A stretch of 64,000 nt of DNA, taken from sequence record NC_055733.1; one strand, given 5' to 3'. Positions 24,177 to 33,057 of this stretch are shown here, in pieces. Below the pieces are notes generated by a model, which made no database searches, was not told the origin of the DNA, and worked only from the letters and a program-made list of their open reading frames with translations. Numbering within the stretch: position 1 is the first letter of the stretch; every line of letters begins with the position of its first letter. The position numbers and the translations under genes were made by a program.

Positions 24177-25355
24177 ATGTTAAAAGACTTAATCGCGGAG
24201 TCTAGCGGTGCATCGAGCATTGAAGCTGGACGTCCTACTCTAGTTGCTCTGACTAGAAAAACTCAAGAAAAAATCTATAAAGAACTGGTATCAATTCAGC
24301 CGACTAAACAGCCTCTCGCTACCGTTTATGGAATGCGTTTGGACTACGTTGCCTCCGACGGTCGCACGTATGATATTCAACTTGATCACCGCACTCATGG
24401 AGGCGCGTACAAGATTGGATATTCAACTCTTCCGGCTCCGTCAACAAATAACGTAAAAAGCGATCAATTCCAATTTAACGGATATGCATACGAAGTTATC
24501 AATGCTGGCAACTATGTAGACGGATATACAACTGACGAAGATTATCATCGAGCTATGATACGCGGGGATCTACGTCTATTGGCAGACGGAATCGATTATG
24601 CAAACGAACAAGACGGAAATGAAATTGTTCCAGAAGTTAAGTTTACTTTGAATCGTTGGTCTGCTCTCGTTCGCGCTCGCAAGATGAAATGCCCGATCAC
24701 TATCGAATTACTTCAAGATATGGAACGTGAGCATCTTAATTCCAATGACGCAATCGAAGATCTATTGGCTACTGCAATTGCCGAGGAAGTTAACAGTGAT
24801 ATCGTTTCTAAGCTGATTTGTATTAGTACCAAAGAAGACGAATTGAACTTGAACAACCACGAAACAACTTATTTCCAAGGCCGTGAGATCATTAATAAAG
24901 CTTGTCGTATGGCAGCGGAAGTAGAATGGTGGACTTCTTTCCCTGCAACATATGTTGTTGCGAGTTTTAAAGTGGCCGGTATTATTCGTGCGAGTGGACA
25001 AGTTGAAAGTGACGGAACTATCAAGGGAACTAAACTGAAACTTATTATGGATGGCAACGCAATCGTTGACTATTTCATGGTGGGTGCAAAAGCAGATTCG
25101 GGTCCAAATAGCATGGATAACGCAAGTGGCGTATTCTATTCTCCGTATCAGGAAGATGATGAAGCAGGCACTTTCTTGGTAACATCTGAGCCAGGTGCAA
25201 TTCAGCCAGTTGTTGGTGTTATTAGTCGTTATGCTCTGAGCTGCTTCCCAGATTATGCTGACGTTGCACAGGGTGCAAAGCCAAATGGCGAAGATTGGCA
25301 AAAAGCTGCAAATCGTAGCATGTTCGTTCGACTAACTCCAGTCGTTGTACAATAA
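24177..25355 (+). CDS. 24: Capsid vertex protein gp24
   Basis: GRPTLVALTR, QPTKQPLATVYGMR, gp23-paralog features, synteny. Confidence 0.9.
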   Translation: MLKDLIAESSGASSIEAGRPTLVALTRKTQEKIYKELVSIQPTKQPLATVYGMRLDYVASDGRTYDIQLDHRTHGGAYKIGYSTLPAPSTNNVKSDQFQFNGYAYEVINAGNYVDGYTTDEDYHRAMIRGDLRLLADGIDYANEQDGNEIVPEVKFTLNRWSALVRARKMKCPITIELLQDMEREHLNSNDAIEDLLATAIAEEVNSDIVSKLICISTKEDELNLNNHETTYFQGREIINKACRMAAEVEWWTSFPATYVVASFKVAGIIRASGQVESDGTIKGTKLKLIMDGNAIVDYFMVGAKADSGPNSMDNASGVFYSPYQEDDEAGTFLVTSEPGAIQPVVGVISRYALSCFPDYADVAQGAKPNGEDWQKAANRSMFVRLTPVVVQ

Positions 25356-25366
25356 GGAATATTAAA

Positions 25367-25579
25367 ATGTCAACATCAATGTTTAACTCCGATCATATCA
25401 CCACTTTGATCGCCGAATCGATTCTGAATAAGAGTCCAGAACAGAAAGAGAAAGAACGTCTGGCAGAAGCTAAGGCGCTTAATGAGAGACGTTTGGAAGA
25501 CGGCATCGCTAAGACCCGTGCATTCCTATCAACTCTGAGTGAGAATCAACGCCAGCGATTCCTACAGAGTATTAGATAA
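25367..25579 (+). CDS. Hypothetical 70-aa protein, candidate head-internal protein
   Basis: AGGA RBS, co-transcribed with g24; contains LIAES like the gp24 N-terminus. Confidence 0.6.
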   Translation: MSTSMFNSDHITTLIAESILNKSPEQKEKERLAEAKALNERRLEDGIAKTRAFLSTLSENQRQRFLQSIR

Positions 25580-25580
25580 C

Positions 25581-25612
25581 AAAAAGGCCACTCAAACGAG
25601 TGGCCTTTATTT
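25581..25612. terminator. Bidirectional terminator
   Basis: AAAAAGGCCACTC-AAAC-GAGTGGCCTTT between convergent genes. Confidence 0.8.
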
Positions 25613-25954
25613 TTACATCAAAGATACAACGATAGAACCGAATAGTTCGTCTTTAATTCGCTGCTCGATTGGCAGTTCTTCATAGTCAACAATACATGGA
25701 TGAGTTTTTAGTTTTGAATCTTTTGTCTCACCATATTTCCACCCCTCGGAAATCTTATGTGATTTCCACTCATGATGAAGTTGCTCGGCAGTCTTGTCTG
25801 GATCAGCCATAACAGATTTAACACCAAGAATACAGGATTGTCTCTGTTGTTCCTCCGCTTCTTTCCATGGCTTAATAGAGTCGTCGCCCAATAGTAGGCA
25901 ATAATGACGGTTCATTTCGTGGCAGACTGCGGCAATTTGTTCAACTGTTAACAT
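25613..25954 (-). CDS. RyR (ryanodine-receptor repeat) domain protein
   Basis: HHEWKSHKISEGWKYGETKDSKLKTHPCIVDYEELPIEQRIKD matches the RyR repeat signature. Confidence 0.8.
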   Translation of the reverse strand: MLTVEQIAAVCHEMNRHYCLLLGDDSIKPWKEAEEQQRQSCILGVKSVMADPDKTAEQLHHEWKSHKISEGWKYGETKDSKLKTHPCIVDYEELPIEQRIKDELFGSIVVSLM

Positions 25955-25991
25955 TTCAAAGTTCCTTCTATGTAGGTTTATCTACATGTAT

Positions 25992-26549
25992 TTATTCTAA
26001 GAAGGATAGATCGATCTGTTTATGCGTTTCAAATTCAGGAACTTCTATATCAAACTTGTCGCAGATCTTTTTCATATTGTCATAATTCCACAAATTGACA
26101 ACAGGAATTCCTCTACGTTTGGCTATAGTCGTTGCCGTTCTTGTTCCACCCTGAATAACTCCTTTTCTCTCGGTAGAATAGCATATCACCAAGTCGGAAG
26201 GGGTATTCAAATCTCTGCCTAGAATTTGATATGCATTTCGAACATGAAGCCATTGGGAATAAAAATCTAGGTATTGAAAATGCGGCAAAATATTCTTTAC
26301 CATTTCTTCTGCTTCAAAGAAGTTTTCAAACTTAGTAACGTTTATTCCCTCTGGATATTTGTCGTCTGGGCGGTATATCTCTGCTAGTGTTGGATCATAT
26401 AGTTTCATGAACTCATAATCCATGCCAATAGCACGGCCAGATCTCCCGATCCAGCCTTTATCTGAGAATGCTTTACCGATTTGATTGACTGACGGGACGA
26501 TCAACTTGGGTGGGTATCTCGTTCCGATCAGTGTCACAATTTTTTTCAC
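25992..26549 (-). CDS. SLOG-superfamily (DprA/YpsA-like) protein
   Basis: TLIGTR, RSGRAIGMD, HVRNAYQILG, SDLVICYS, GGTRTATTIAKRRGIPVVNL. Confidence 0.7.
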   Translation of the reverse strand: MKKIVTLIGTRYPPKLIVPSVNQIGKAFSDKGWIGRSGRAIGMDYEFMKLYDPTLAEIYRPDDKYPEGINVTKFENFFEAEEMVKNILPHFQYLDFYSQWLHVRNAYQILGRDLNTPSDLVICYSTERKGVIQGGTRTATTIAKRRGIPVVNLWNYDNMKKICDKFDIEVPEFETHKQIDLSFLE

Positions 26550-26697
26550 AACACTCCTCGCAAATGATTACACACAGATTTCCGATATGTGGCAAAACTA
26601 CATCTGCCAGCGTCGTTGCTTCTTTCTCGCTACAAATATCGCAAATATACACGTTTACCCTCATTATTATTGATATGGACCAGATATTCTGGTCCAC
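26473..26697 (-). CDS. Small Cys-rich hypothetical protein (boundaries uncertain)
   Basis: CDIC...CEEC motifs; fills the gap between neighbours. Confidence 0.4.
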   Translation of the reverse strand: MDQNIWSISIIMRVNVYICDICSEKEATTLADVVLPHIGNLCVIICEECCEKNCDTDRNEIPTQVDRPVSQSNR

Positions 26698-26703
26698 TGC
26701 TCA

Positions 26704-27048
26704 TTAACCCGCGATTACTGCTTTTTCGAATGCCATGCTCATTGCAGTTTGCGGCATTGCTTGCTTTTGTTGTTCGCGCTTCTCGATTCGCTGCTTACGC
26801 TCTACTTTTGTAGGAGTGAAAGTCCAGATCTTGCGACGTTGTACAACTTTCACCGGAACTTCGATTTCAACATCTTCTTCCTGATCGTCAATCACGGTAA
26901 AGGTTTTTGCTCTCACCCGAGCTTGTTCGACCTCTTTGACCCAGCGACTGACGGTAGATGCAGATACTTCCAGTTGTCGTGCAATTTCTGCTTTAGAAAC
27001 GCCGTTTTCATTCATGAAATGGGCTTTGATTTTAGTAGCGTTGTTCAT
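26704..27048 (-). CDS. HTH protein, paralog 1
   Basis: SKAEIARQLEVSASTVSRW; start moved to MNNAT. Confidence 0.75.
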   Translation of the reverse strand: MNNATKIKAHFMNENGVSKAEIARQLEVSASTVSRWVKEVEQARVRAKTFTVIDDQEEDVEIEVPVKVVQRRKIWTFTPTKVERKQRIEKREQQKQAMPQTAMSMAFEKAVIAG

Positions 27049-27058
27049 CGTTTTGTCC

Positions 27059-27286
27059 TTATGCTGCTTTCTTCGGGTTGTTGTAAACATACTTGGTGCG
27101 ACGCTGAACTTTACCAGCAAACTCAGCTTCCAGTTTGTTAGCTACTGATTCACGACGCATATCATTTACTTTATCGATGTAACGGCCAACTGTGCGCGGG
27201 GATACCTTGAGTTCACGGGCAACTTGAGCTTTGGTTTTCTTAGAAGCAGTAACAGCAAAGTAGGCTTTGATTTCGATGTTGTTCAT
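27059..27286 (-). CDS. HTH protein, paralog 2
   Basis: TKAQVARELKVSPRTVGRY; directly under a strong early promoter. Confidence 0.78.
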   Translation of the reverse strand: MNNIEIKAYFAVTASKKTKAQVARELKVSPRTVGRYIDKVNDMRRESVANKLEAEFAGKVQRRTKYVYNNPKKAA

Positions 27287-27293
27287 GATGTTT

Positions 27294-27375
27294 TCCTCAG
27301 AGTTTGTTTCGTTGTGAATCGCGTCTCGCGTTTCGATGTAGCTATAATAACAGGTTGTTCCAATGCGTCAACGAC
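27294..27375 (-). promoter_or_regulatory. Early promoter cassette, copy A
   Basis: TTGACG-16-(TGT)TATTAT followed by the leader CATCGAAACGCGAGACGCGATTCAC...CTGAGGA; related copies at ~57930, 62098 and 62822. Confidence 0.8.
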
Positions 27376-27390
27376 TTTTTGGAAAATAAT

Positions 27391-27417
27391 AAAAAAAAAT
27401 CCCGCCGAAGCGGGATT
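27391..27417 (-). terminator. UUCG-tetraloop terminator
   Basis: AATCCCGC-TTCG-GCGGGATT plus a T run; same stem at ~54760 and ~58005. Confidence 0.85.
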
Positions 27418-27418
27418 C

Positions 27419-27886
27419 TTATAGGTAGATCACGGTAGATTCAGTGATTTCGGTTCCGTCGATGTGAACAAACATGCTGTTGCGAGGCTCACGAACAACA
27501 ACAGTCATACCAGTTTTCTCGATCAATCCGCGGACAAAAGACTTGAACTCGGAATCTCGCTCTGATTTCAAGTCCGCATACTGGGCAGAATCGATACAGC
27601 TAAACCAATATTTGTTATTGATATTGCTCATATTCCAAGCCCATGGGAAAGATTCTCCCATTACATCAAATGCCATGGATGGGATTTCTTTGCTAATTAC
27701 CTGAGCTGGCTTAGTAGCCGGTTTTTCCACACTCTTAACCGGTTCTACCTTCTCTTGGATTTCAACCAGTTCAATAGGAGCGGGAATAACTTCCTGAGCA
27801 ATCTCTTCAACAACAGGAACAATACTCTCTTTAACAATTTCTACCTCTGACGACACAACATCTTGCGCCTTGCTTTTCTTAGCCAT
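27419..27886 (-). CDS. hoc: Hoc-like head decoration protein without Ig domains
   Basis: Immediately downstream of inh as in T4; C-terminal VVVREPRNSMFV resembles the Hoc/Inh capsid-binding motif. Confidence 0.55.
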   Translation of the reverse strand: MAKKSKAQDVVSSEVEIVKESIVPVVEEIAQEVIPAPIELVEIQEKVEPVKSVEKPATKPAQVISKEIPSMAFDVMGESFPWAWNMSNINNKYWFSCIDSAQYADLKSERDSEFKSFVRGLIEKTGMTVVVREPRNSMFVHIDGTEITESTVIYL

Positions 27887-27935
27887 TAATTTCTCCTTAT
27901 TGGATAAAGCCCACCAATGTGGGCTATATCTTTAT

Positions 27936-28634
27936 TTAGAAGAAATGGTGATACTGGCTGTTTCTGGATTCACGAACGATGACTTTGCCGTTCATCTGGA
28001 TATAATAGAGCATATCATACAGAAAATCTCGGTCATTTCCTTTATAGTTCATAACGTTGATCTTCCAGTCCCTTGGCTGCTCAAGAATCCAATCAAGAAT
28101 CCAATATGGCAGATTCAAGTACGCATCTTTGCCGTATCCAATGAGATCAGACTTTGGACGATAATCGTTGCCGATGTGAACAACGTGATGACCGCTAGAA
28201 GGCAAATCGTTGCCGATGTTTTTAAGAATACCCAATGCTTCCATTTGAGTGAAATTCACTTTGGGAGTAGAAACATCGATCACTTGATCTTTCAGGAAAT
28301 CGACAACGGTATAAGTACCGGTTGGTTTGACTTCTTCCATATCAGTTCCAAGATCGATTGGACAAGCGCCGTCACACTCAGGAACTTCGGTAATCGGAGT
28401 TACATCGACTGTTATCTCGTCGTCAATTTCAGGAGGTCCAAAACTAGAAGTTTCAGCAACACCGTTTGCCATAGCGTCGAGTTTGTCCATAATCAGACTA
28501 ATCTGATCTTTGACACTAATACCAGTCTTCGGGACTTTGACGCCGTGTTCTTTACAATACTTCTGAATAGCGGCTTTTGCTTCTGCCGCTGGTAGTTCAT
28601 CTTTGAACTTGTAGATCTGTTCAATATCAATCAA
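27936..28634 (-). CDS. inh: Inhibitor of prohead protease
   Basis: EAKAAIQKYCKEHGVKV N-terminus; LPYWILDWI...YYIQMNGKVIVRESRNS C-terminus. Confidence 0.88.
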   Translation of the reverse strand: MIDIEQIYKFKDELPAAEAKAAIQKYCKEHGVKVPKTGISVKDQISLIMDKLDAMANGVAETSSFGPPEIDDEITVDVTPITEVPECDGACPIDLGTDMEEVKPTGTYTVVDFLKDQVIDVSTPKVNFTQMEALGILKNIGNDLPSSGHHVVHIGNDYRPKSDLIGYGKDAYLNLPYWILDWILEQPRDWKINVMNYKGNDRDFLYDMLYYIQMNGKVIVRESRNSQYHHFF

Positions 28635-29059
28635 GCGTTTAATGCTCCATGTTTAGTCACGAGTTTATCAATCGTGTCCGTTTGTGTAAGACGTAGTTTA
28701 GCAAGATCCATCATGTCAGTAAACACGCGAATTTCATTTTCAATATACCGATCGGTATCAAGAATATACAATTCATGAAAACCTCGCTCGGTAACACGCT
28801 TACGAGGTGCGGTATCTGCGCTCTCACGTTCCGGGCATTGGATCAACTGCACAAAAGCCTTATTGCTCATGTACGTGCGTCCATACTGTTTAACCGGCAC
28901 AATCTTGGTAGCACGAATAACGTAGAACTTGAAACCCTCATTGCCACGGTGAATCGCAATCGCACCTGGTTTGTGATGTGCGTAGTTGTTATCCGAATCG
29001 GATTTCAGAATCGGATAGTTTTTGAACCAATCCTGACGATCATTCTTATACTCGGCCAT
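28631..29059 (-). CDS. Hypothetical protein
   Basis: ORF with an RBS before MAEYKND; overlaps the inh start. Confidence 0.65.
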   Translation of the reverse strand: MAEYKNDRQDWFKNYPILKSDSDNNYAHHKPGAIAIHRGNEGFKFYVIRATKIVPVKQYGRTYMSNKAFVQLIQCPERESADTAPRKRVTERGFHELYILDTDRYIENEIRVFTDMMDLAKLRLTQTDTIDKLVTKHGALNA

Positions 29060-29273
29060 TATATTTTGTCTCCAGTAAATGTTTTGCGTAGTACCCAGCG
29101 CCACAAATCGGACCAGCTATAAGTACCATGATAGTATAACATGTTCCCAGTGTTTGGATATCTCTAATGTACAGAGAAACGCAAATGATTGCAAAGATAT
29201 ATCCAAGCATGGAAGCAATCATTCCGTTAGCTCCCATACAGTATTTCTTTATAAAGAGAAGAAACTTTACCAT
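29046..29273 (-). CDS. Small two-TM membrane protein
   Basis: Two hydrophobic stretches; coupled to its neighbours. Confidence 0.55.
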   Translation of the reverse strand: MVKFLLFIKKYCMGANGMIASMLGYIFAIICVSLYIRDIQTLGTCYTIMVLIAGPICGAGYYAKHLLETKYNGRV

Positions 29274-29523
29274 TTGATTTCCAGATATGATTGATCTAGT
29301 TGATTCATACCGGTGTGCATTTTAGCAGAATATCCGGCGTTCAACAACTCACGAAGAATTAGTTCCCGAACTTCATAACGAGGAACGGCAGTGATATTAC
29401 AAATTCGAAGTCCGCGCTTGGCAGCAGCTTGATTGCAGGCTCTATTGTATTAGTCATGTACTCGGAGATCATAGCAACGCTATTCTCTTCCGTCATTTTG
29501 ATCGCTTCTTTTGCGGTGAACAT
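29267..29523 (-). CDS. Hypothetical protein, paralog of 62188-62457 (1-nt deletion near 29430)
   Basis: Adding one A gives PAIKAAAKRG...ELLNAGYSAKM...YLEIKW*, similar to ..KHGYEVEF..YLKISW*. Confidence 0.65.
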
Positions 29524-29564
29524 TTTAATCTCCCGATGAAGAGGGCCGAAGCCCTCAAATGTTA

Positions 29565-30590
29565 TTACCAGTCGCCGTCGCAGATAGAAACCCAATTTGG
29601 GCGAATCATGTTTCCGATCTCAGTGTTGATCATTCGCATAACTCGTCCAGCTTCATCTGCCGCTTCTTTCACAGATACGCCATCCAGTTCATCGCGCTCA
29701 TAGTCTTTCTGAACGTCTTTGGACATAAGACCCAGAACTTTACCAAACTCGTTGGTTTTCGGGGTATCCATTTTGGACAGCACGTTCTTGAGACGATTAT
29801 CAGTGATATAGCGGCTAATGTCAAGTACAAGTGCCTTGTCTTTTTCAGACAGTTCTTTAACTTCTACTTGAACAGCACGACCTTTACCGGTTTCGCTCCA
29901 TTTCTCGTTTTTGCACTTGATTGCAACACGATTGCCGTTACGGAAACGAGCTGGTACGTTTGGCTTAGCCACGTATCCTTCTGCGATATTATCAGTGCCA
30001 ACGCGAATGTCAATCTGCTTACCCGCATTGACTTCCATGACAACAGATTGCAGATCTACCGGGATTTTCATGATCTCAGCGAAAGTACCGACTTTCAGAA
30101 GCGGTGCAGTTTTCAGACTCATTGCTTTGCAAAGTTCTTCGACTTGCAAATCTTCCAACATGAATTGATCGCCGTGAATAGGCTGCACGATGATATCAAA
30201 CACATAGAAATCTTGTGGACCGTACTCGATACCAGTCTGGATCCACTTGCCATAGCTCATGATGCCAGCATATTCACCAAACACGCCGATAGAGTCTTCT
30301 TTGTTAATAATGTCCAGATGAACAAGACATTCATGTAGTTGACGGATTTGTTTTTCGTATCGTCCAACAATCACTTGATGATCATAGAAACTAGAAGCTT
30401 CTCCTAGGAAGCTGGAACGCTTACCGGCAGTGAAATCGACTCCGTTAGTCCACATAGAGAAGTTGGTACCATGGATTTTCTCGCGGGCGGTCCACACGAT
30501 ATTCTTTTCTGCAAAACCTTGTTCTTGAACAGCGAAAATCACCTTCTGCTTGGTGTGATTTTCCATTTCTGGGTAGCCTTGAAATTTCAT
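29565..30590 (-). CDS. rnlB: RNA ligase 2
   Basis: AREKIHGTNFS motif I, VFGEYAG, FYVFDI, AEGYVAKP, IKCKNEKW, SRYITDNRLKNVLSK. Confidence 0.95.
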   Translation of the reverse strand: MKFQGYPEMENHTKQKVIFAVQEQGFAEKNIVWTAREKIHGTNFSMWTNGVDFTAGKRSSFLGEASSFYDHQVIVGRYEKQIRQLHECLVHLDIINKEDSIGVFGEYAGIMSYGKWIQTGIEYGPQDFYVFDIIVQPIHGDQFMLEDLQVEELCKAMSLKTAPLLKVGTFAEIMKIPVDLQSVVMEVNAGKQIDIRVGTDNIAEGYVAKPNVPARFRNGNRVAIKCKNEKWSETGKGRAVQVEVKELSEKDKALVLDISRYITDNRLKNVLSKMDTPKTNEFGKVLGLMSKDVQKDYERDELDGVSVKEAADEAGRVMRMINTEIGNMIRPNWVSICDGDW

Positions 30591-30592
30591 CT

Positions 30593-30901
30593 TTATTTCC
30601 TCTTCTTACGTCTTTTGTTTTTGTTTGAGTTGATTTCACCGTTTGGGATTGTGTCTGTTGCAACACCAAACCCCTTTGATTTTACCGTTGCTTTTCCACT
30701 GATCTTATGACTGATACAGTTCCGGTGTTGAAAGTTACCGAGCCGTCGAGTCTCATTTAGTTCACGAATCGTATCCGCTAACGTCTTTTTATTATTGTCG
30801 GAATCGAATGCGCCGTCAACACCTTTTTGCAAAAGGTAAACGACACCGATTATAGTTCCAAGAACAGCTAGTCCTCCGAACTCGTTCATATCAAAAATCA
30901 T
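30593..30901 (-). CDS. Hypothetical membrane-anchored protein with a basic tail
   Basis: N-terminal TM, C-terminal NKNKRRKKRK; early-type promoter upstream (TTGACG...GAGAAT). Confidence 0.6.
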   Translation of the reverse strand: MIFDMNEFGGLAVLGTIIGVVYLLQKGVDGAFDSDNNKKTLADTIRELNETRRLGNFQHRNCISHKISGKATVKSKGFGVATDTIPNGEINSNKNKRRKKRK

Positions 30902-31031
30902 AGTTCGTCTCCTATTTGATGATGCAATTCTCGCACATTAGATTCGAATCGTCAAACACTTTTGGAAAAATAAAAGCGGGAAGCCCGTGCTAGACTTCCC
31001 GCTTTGACATTCCATTGTAGATACAATGTTA

Positions 31032-31427
31032 TTATTGTTGTCTATCTGTATTCTGCCAACGATCCGTTATTGGCGCTACCTCACCCGGTCTGCGTTGATT
31101 ATCTTCAACTCTCCTAGATAGATCATCTATTTTAGCCTGCATCGCCCGAAGAAGTTCTTTTTCATCGGCCGATCTCGCGTCGCTTATGTCCTTTGCGTAT
31201 AGCATAGACTTTAACTGCGCGTTTTCAACGTCGGTGTGTGTCGGTAGCTTCGAAATATCATCTTTCAACGCTGACACCGATTGATCAAAATGGGCAGTGA
31301 TTTCTTCCTTTAACTTGTAATCGCGCTGATCTCCGATAAACGAGTTGTAGGTAAATACCGCTCCCCAGATCGTAACAAACAAAGTCAACGTCGAAATAAC
31401 GTTTTCTTTTATGTTCACTACAAACAC
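31032..31427 (-). CDS. Membrane-anchored coiled-coil protein, probably late
   Basis: TM at aa 10-30; ATAAATAG late-promoter-like motif at ~31460-31467 on the - strand. Confidence 0.6.
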   Translation of the reverse strand: MFVVNIKENVISTLTLFVTIWGAVFTYNSFIGDQRDYKLKEEITAHFDQSVSALKDDISKLPTHTDVENAQLKSMLYAKDISDARSADEKELLRAMQAKIDDLSRRVEDNQRRPGEVAPITDRWQNTDRQQ

Positions 31428-31542
31428 TCCTTACCGCAACTTGTAATTAAGTTACAATACTATTTATTGTTTATGATTTAGACGGTTCATGCTATAATCA
31501 TGGAACAAAGCCGCTAAATAAAACAAAACTGTTAGGAACTGT

Positions 31543-33057
31543 TTGATGCACGTAAACGTAAAATTTAGAGACTATAGCAACGCATTCATTGATTGTGACA
31601 ACAATATTTTTATGGAATTGCGCAACTATTTTACCTTCGATGTCGACGGCGCACGGTTTAACCCAAAATTCCGCTACGGAACATGGGACGGTAAAATCCG
31701 TATGCTATCCAACGAAGGACTTCTACCGATTGGTCTGGTAGATACACTCGTCCGATATTGTAAAGAAAACGATTTGGAAGTCAACGTGGATTCGGAATTT
31801 ACTCCCGAAACCGAAATGACTAGAGAAGAGTTTGATACTTGGTTGTCCGAACTTGAAATTTATTCCGGTCAGAACAAGATCACTCCTCATTGGTACCAAG
31901 CCGATACCGTATTCAACGCAATCAACAAAAATCGTATGATTGGCAACTTGCCAACGTCTGCTGGTAAATCACTGATTGCTTGTTTGCTTACCTACTGGTA
32001 CTTGCAACGATACGAAGGCAAAGTTCTTGTACTCGTTCCAACAACTGCACTCGTTGAGCAGATGATTGGCGACTTCGCAGATTATCGCCTGATTCCGCGT
32101 CAAGCTTGTCTAGGCGTTATGGCCGGCACAAGAAAGAACGGAAGCGAGCCAATCGTTGTTTCTACATGGCAAAGTGCCTGTAAAATGAGTTCAGACTGGT
32201 TTAAGCAATTTGGCATGATTATAGTTGATGAATGTCATCTGTCAACTGCTAAAGAGCTAACAACTATCATTAAAGGTATGGCTGACTGTCGTTTCAAAAT
32301 CGGCATGAGTGGTTCTTTGCGTGACGGCAAAGCAAACGTTTTGCAATATATTGGCATGTTTGGTGATGTGTTCCGTCCGGTAACAACTAAGAAACTTATG
32401 GAAGACGGACAAGTAACAGACTTGGATATCAACGCTGTATTCTTACGTTACCCAGAACACGAAACAATTTTGCACAAGGGTAAATCGTATGCGGACGAAA
32501 TCAAAGTCATTAACAATCATACGAAACGAAATGCTTGGATTTGTAGACTTGCGTTGAAACTTGCCAAAGATCGCAATGAAAACGTGCTTATTATGTTTAA
32601 ACACGTTGCTCATGGCAAGTGGTTGTATGAAGCTCTGAAAAAGAAATACGGTGAAAAAGTTCACTTTGTTTCCGGCGAGACTAAGACTGACCAACGAGTC
32701 AAGTTAAAAGGCGATGCAGAAAACGAAGACGGATTGATTATCGTCGCGTCTCTGGGTGTGTTCTCTACTGGTATCAGTATCAAGAAATTGCACCACGTAA
32801 TCTTCTCCGCGCCGACTAAGAGTAAAATCCTCGTTCTCCAATCGATAGGCCGCGTTCTCCGCAAACATAGCAGCAAAGACGTAGCTACCCTTTGGGATAT
32901 TATTGACGATATCTGTGTTAAGCCAAAGAGCGCCAATTCGAAGAAGAAGTATGTTCACAAAAACTATGCTTACACTCATGGGCTAGAACGGATCCAAAGA
33001 TACAGTTCAGAAAACTTTAACTATCGGATAAAAGAGGTGGCACTTGAAACAGTTTGA
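31543..33057 (+). CDS. uvsW: UvsW SF2 helicase
   Basis: LPTSAGKS, IVDECH, GMSGSLRDG, QSIGRVLR. Confidence 0.96.
   Translation: MMHVNVKFRDYSNAFIDCDNNIFMELRNYFTFDVDGARFNPKFRYGTWDGKIRMLSNEGLLPIGLVDTLVRYCKENDLEVNVDSEFTPETEMTREEFDTWLSELEIYSGQNKITPHWYQADTVFNAINKNRMIGNLPTSAGKSLIACLLTYWYLQRYEGKVLVLVPTTALVEQMIGDFADYRLIPRQACLGVMAGTRKNGSEPIVVSTWQSACKMSSDWFKQFGMIIVDECHLSTAKELTTIIKGMADCRFKIGMSGSLRDGKANVLQYIGMFGDVFRPVTTKKLMEDGQVTDLDINAVFLRYPEHETILHKGKSYADEIKVINNHTKRNAWICRLALKLAKDRNENVLIMFKHVAHGKWLYEALKKKYGEKVHFVSGETKTDQRVKLKGDAENEDGLIIVASLGVFSTGISIKKLHHVIFSAPTKSKILVLQSIGRVLRKHSSKDVATLWDIIDDICVKPKSANSKKKYVHKNYAYTHGLERIQRYSSENFNYRIKEVALETV

Noticed and set aside
27870-28595. Long antisense ORFs in the track (e.g. 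27870+, 44335+, 47195+, 55112+, 57308+, 3511-, 22633-)
   Set aside because: They are shadows of well-supported genes on the opposite strand, with no RBS or recognisable motifs.
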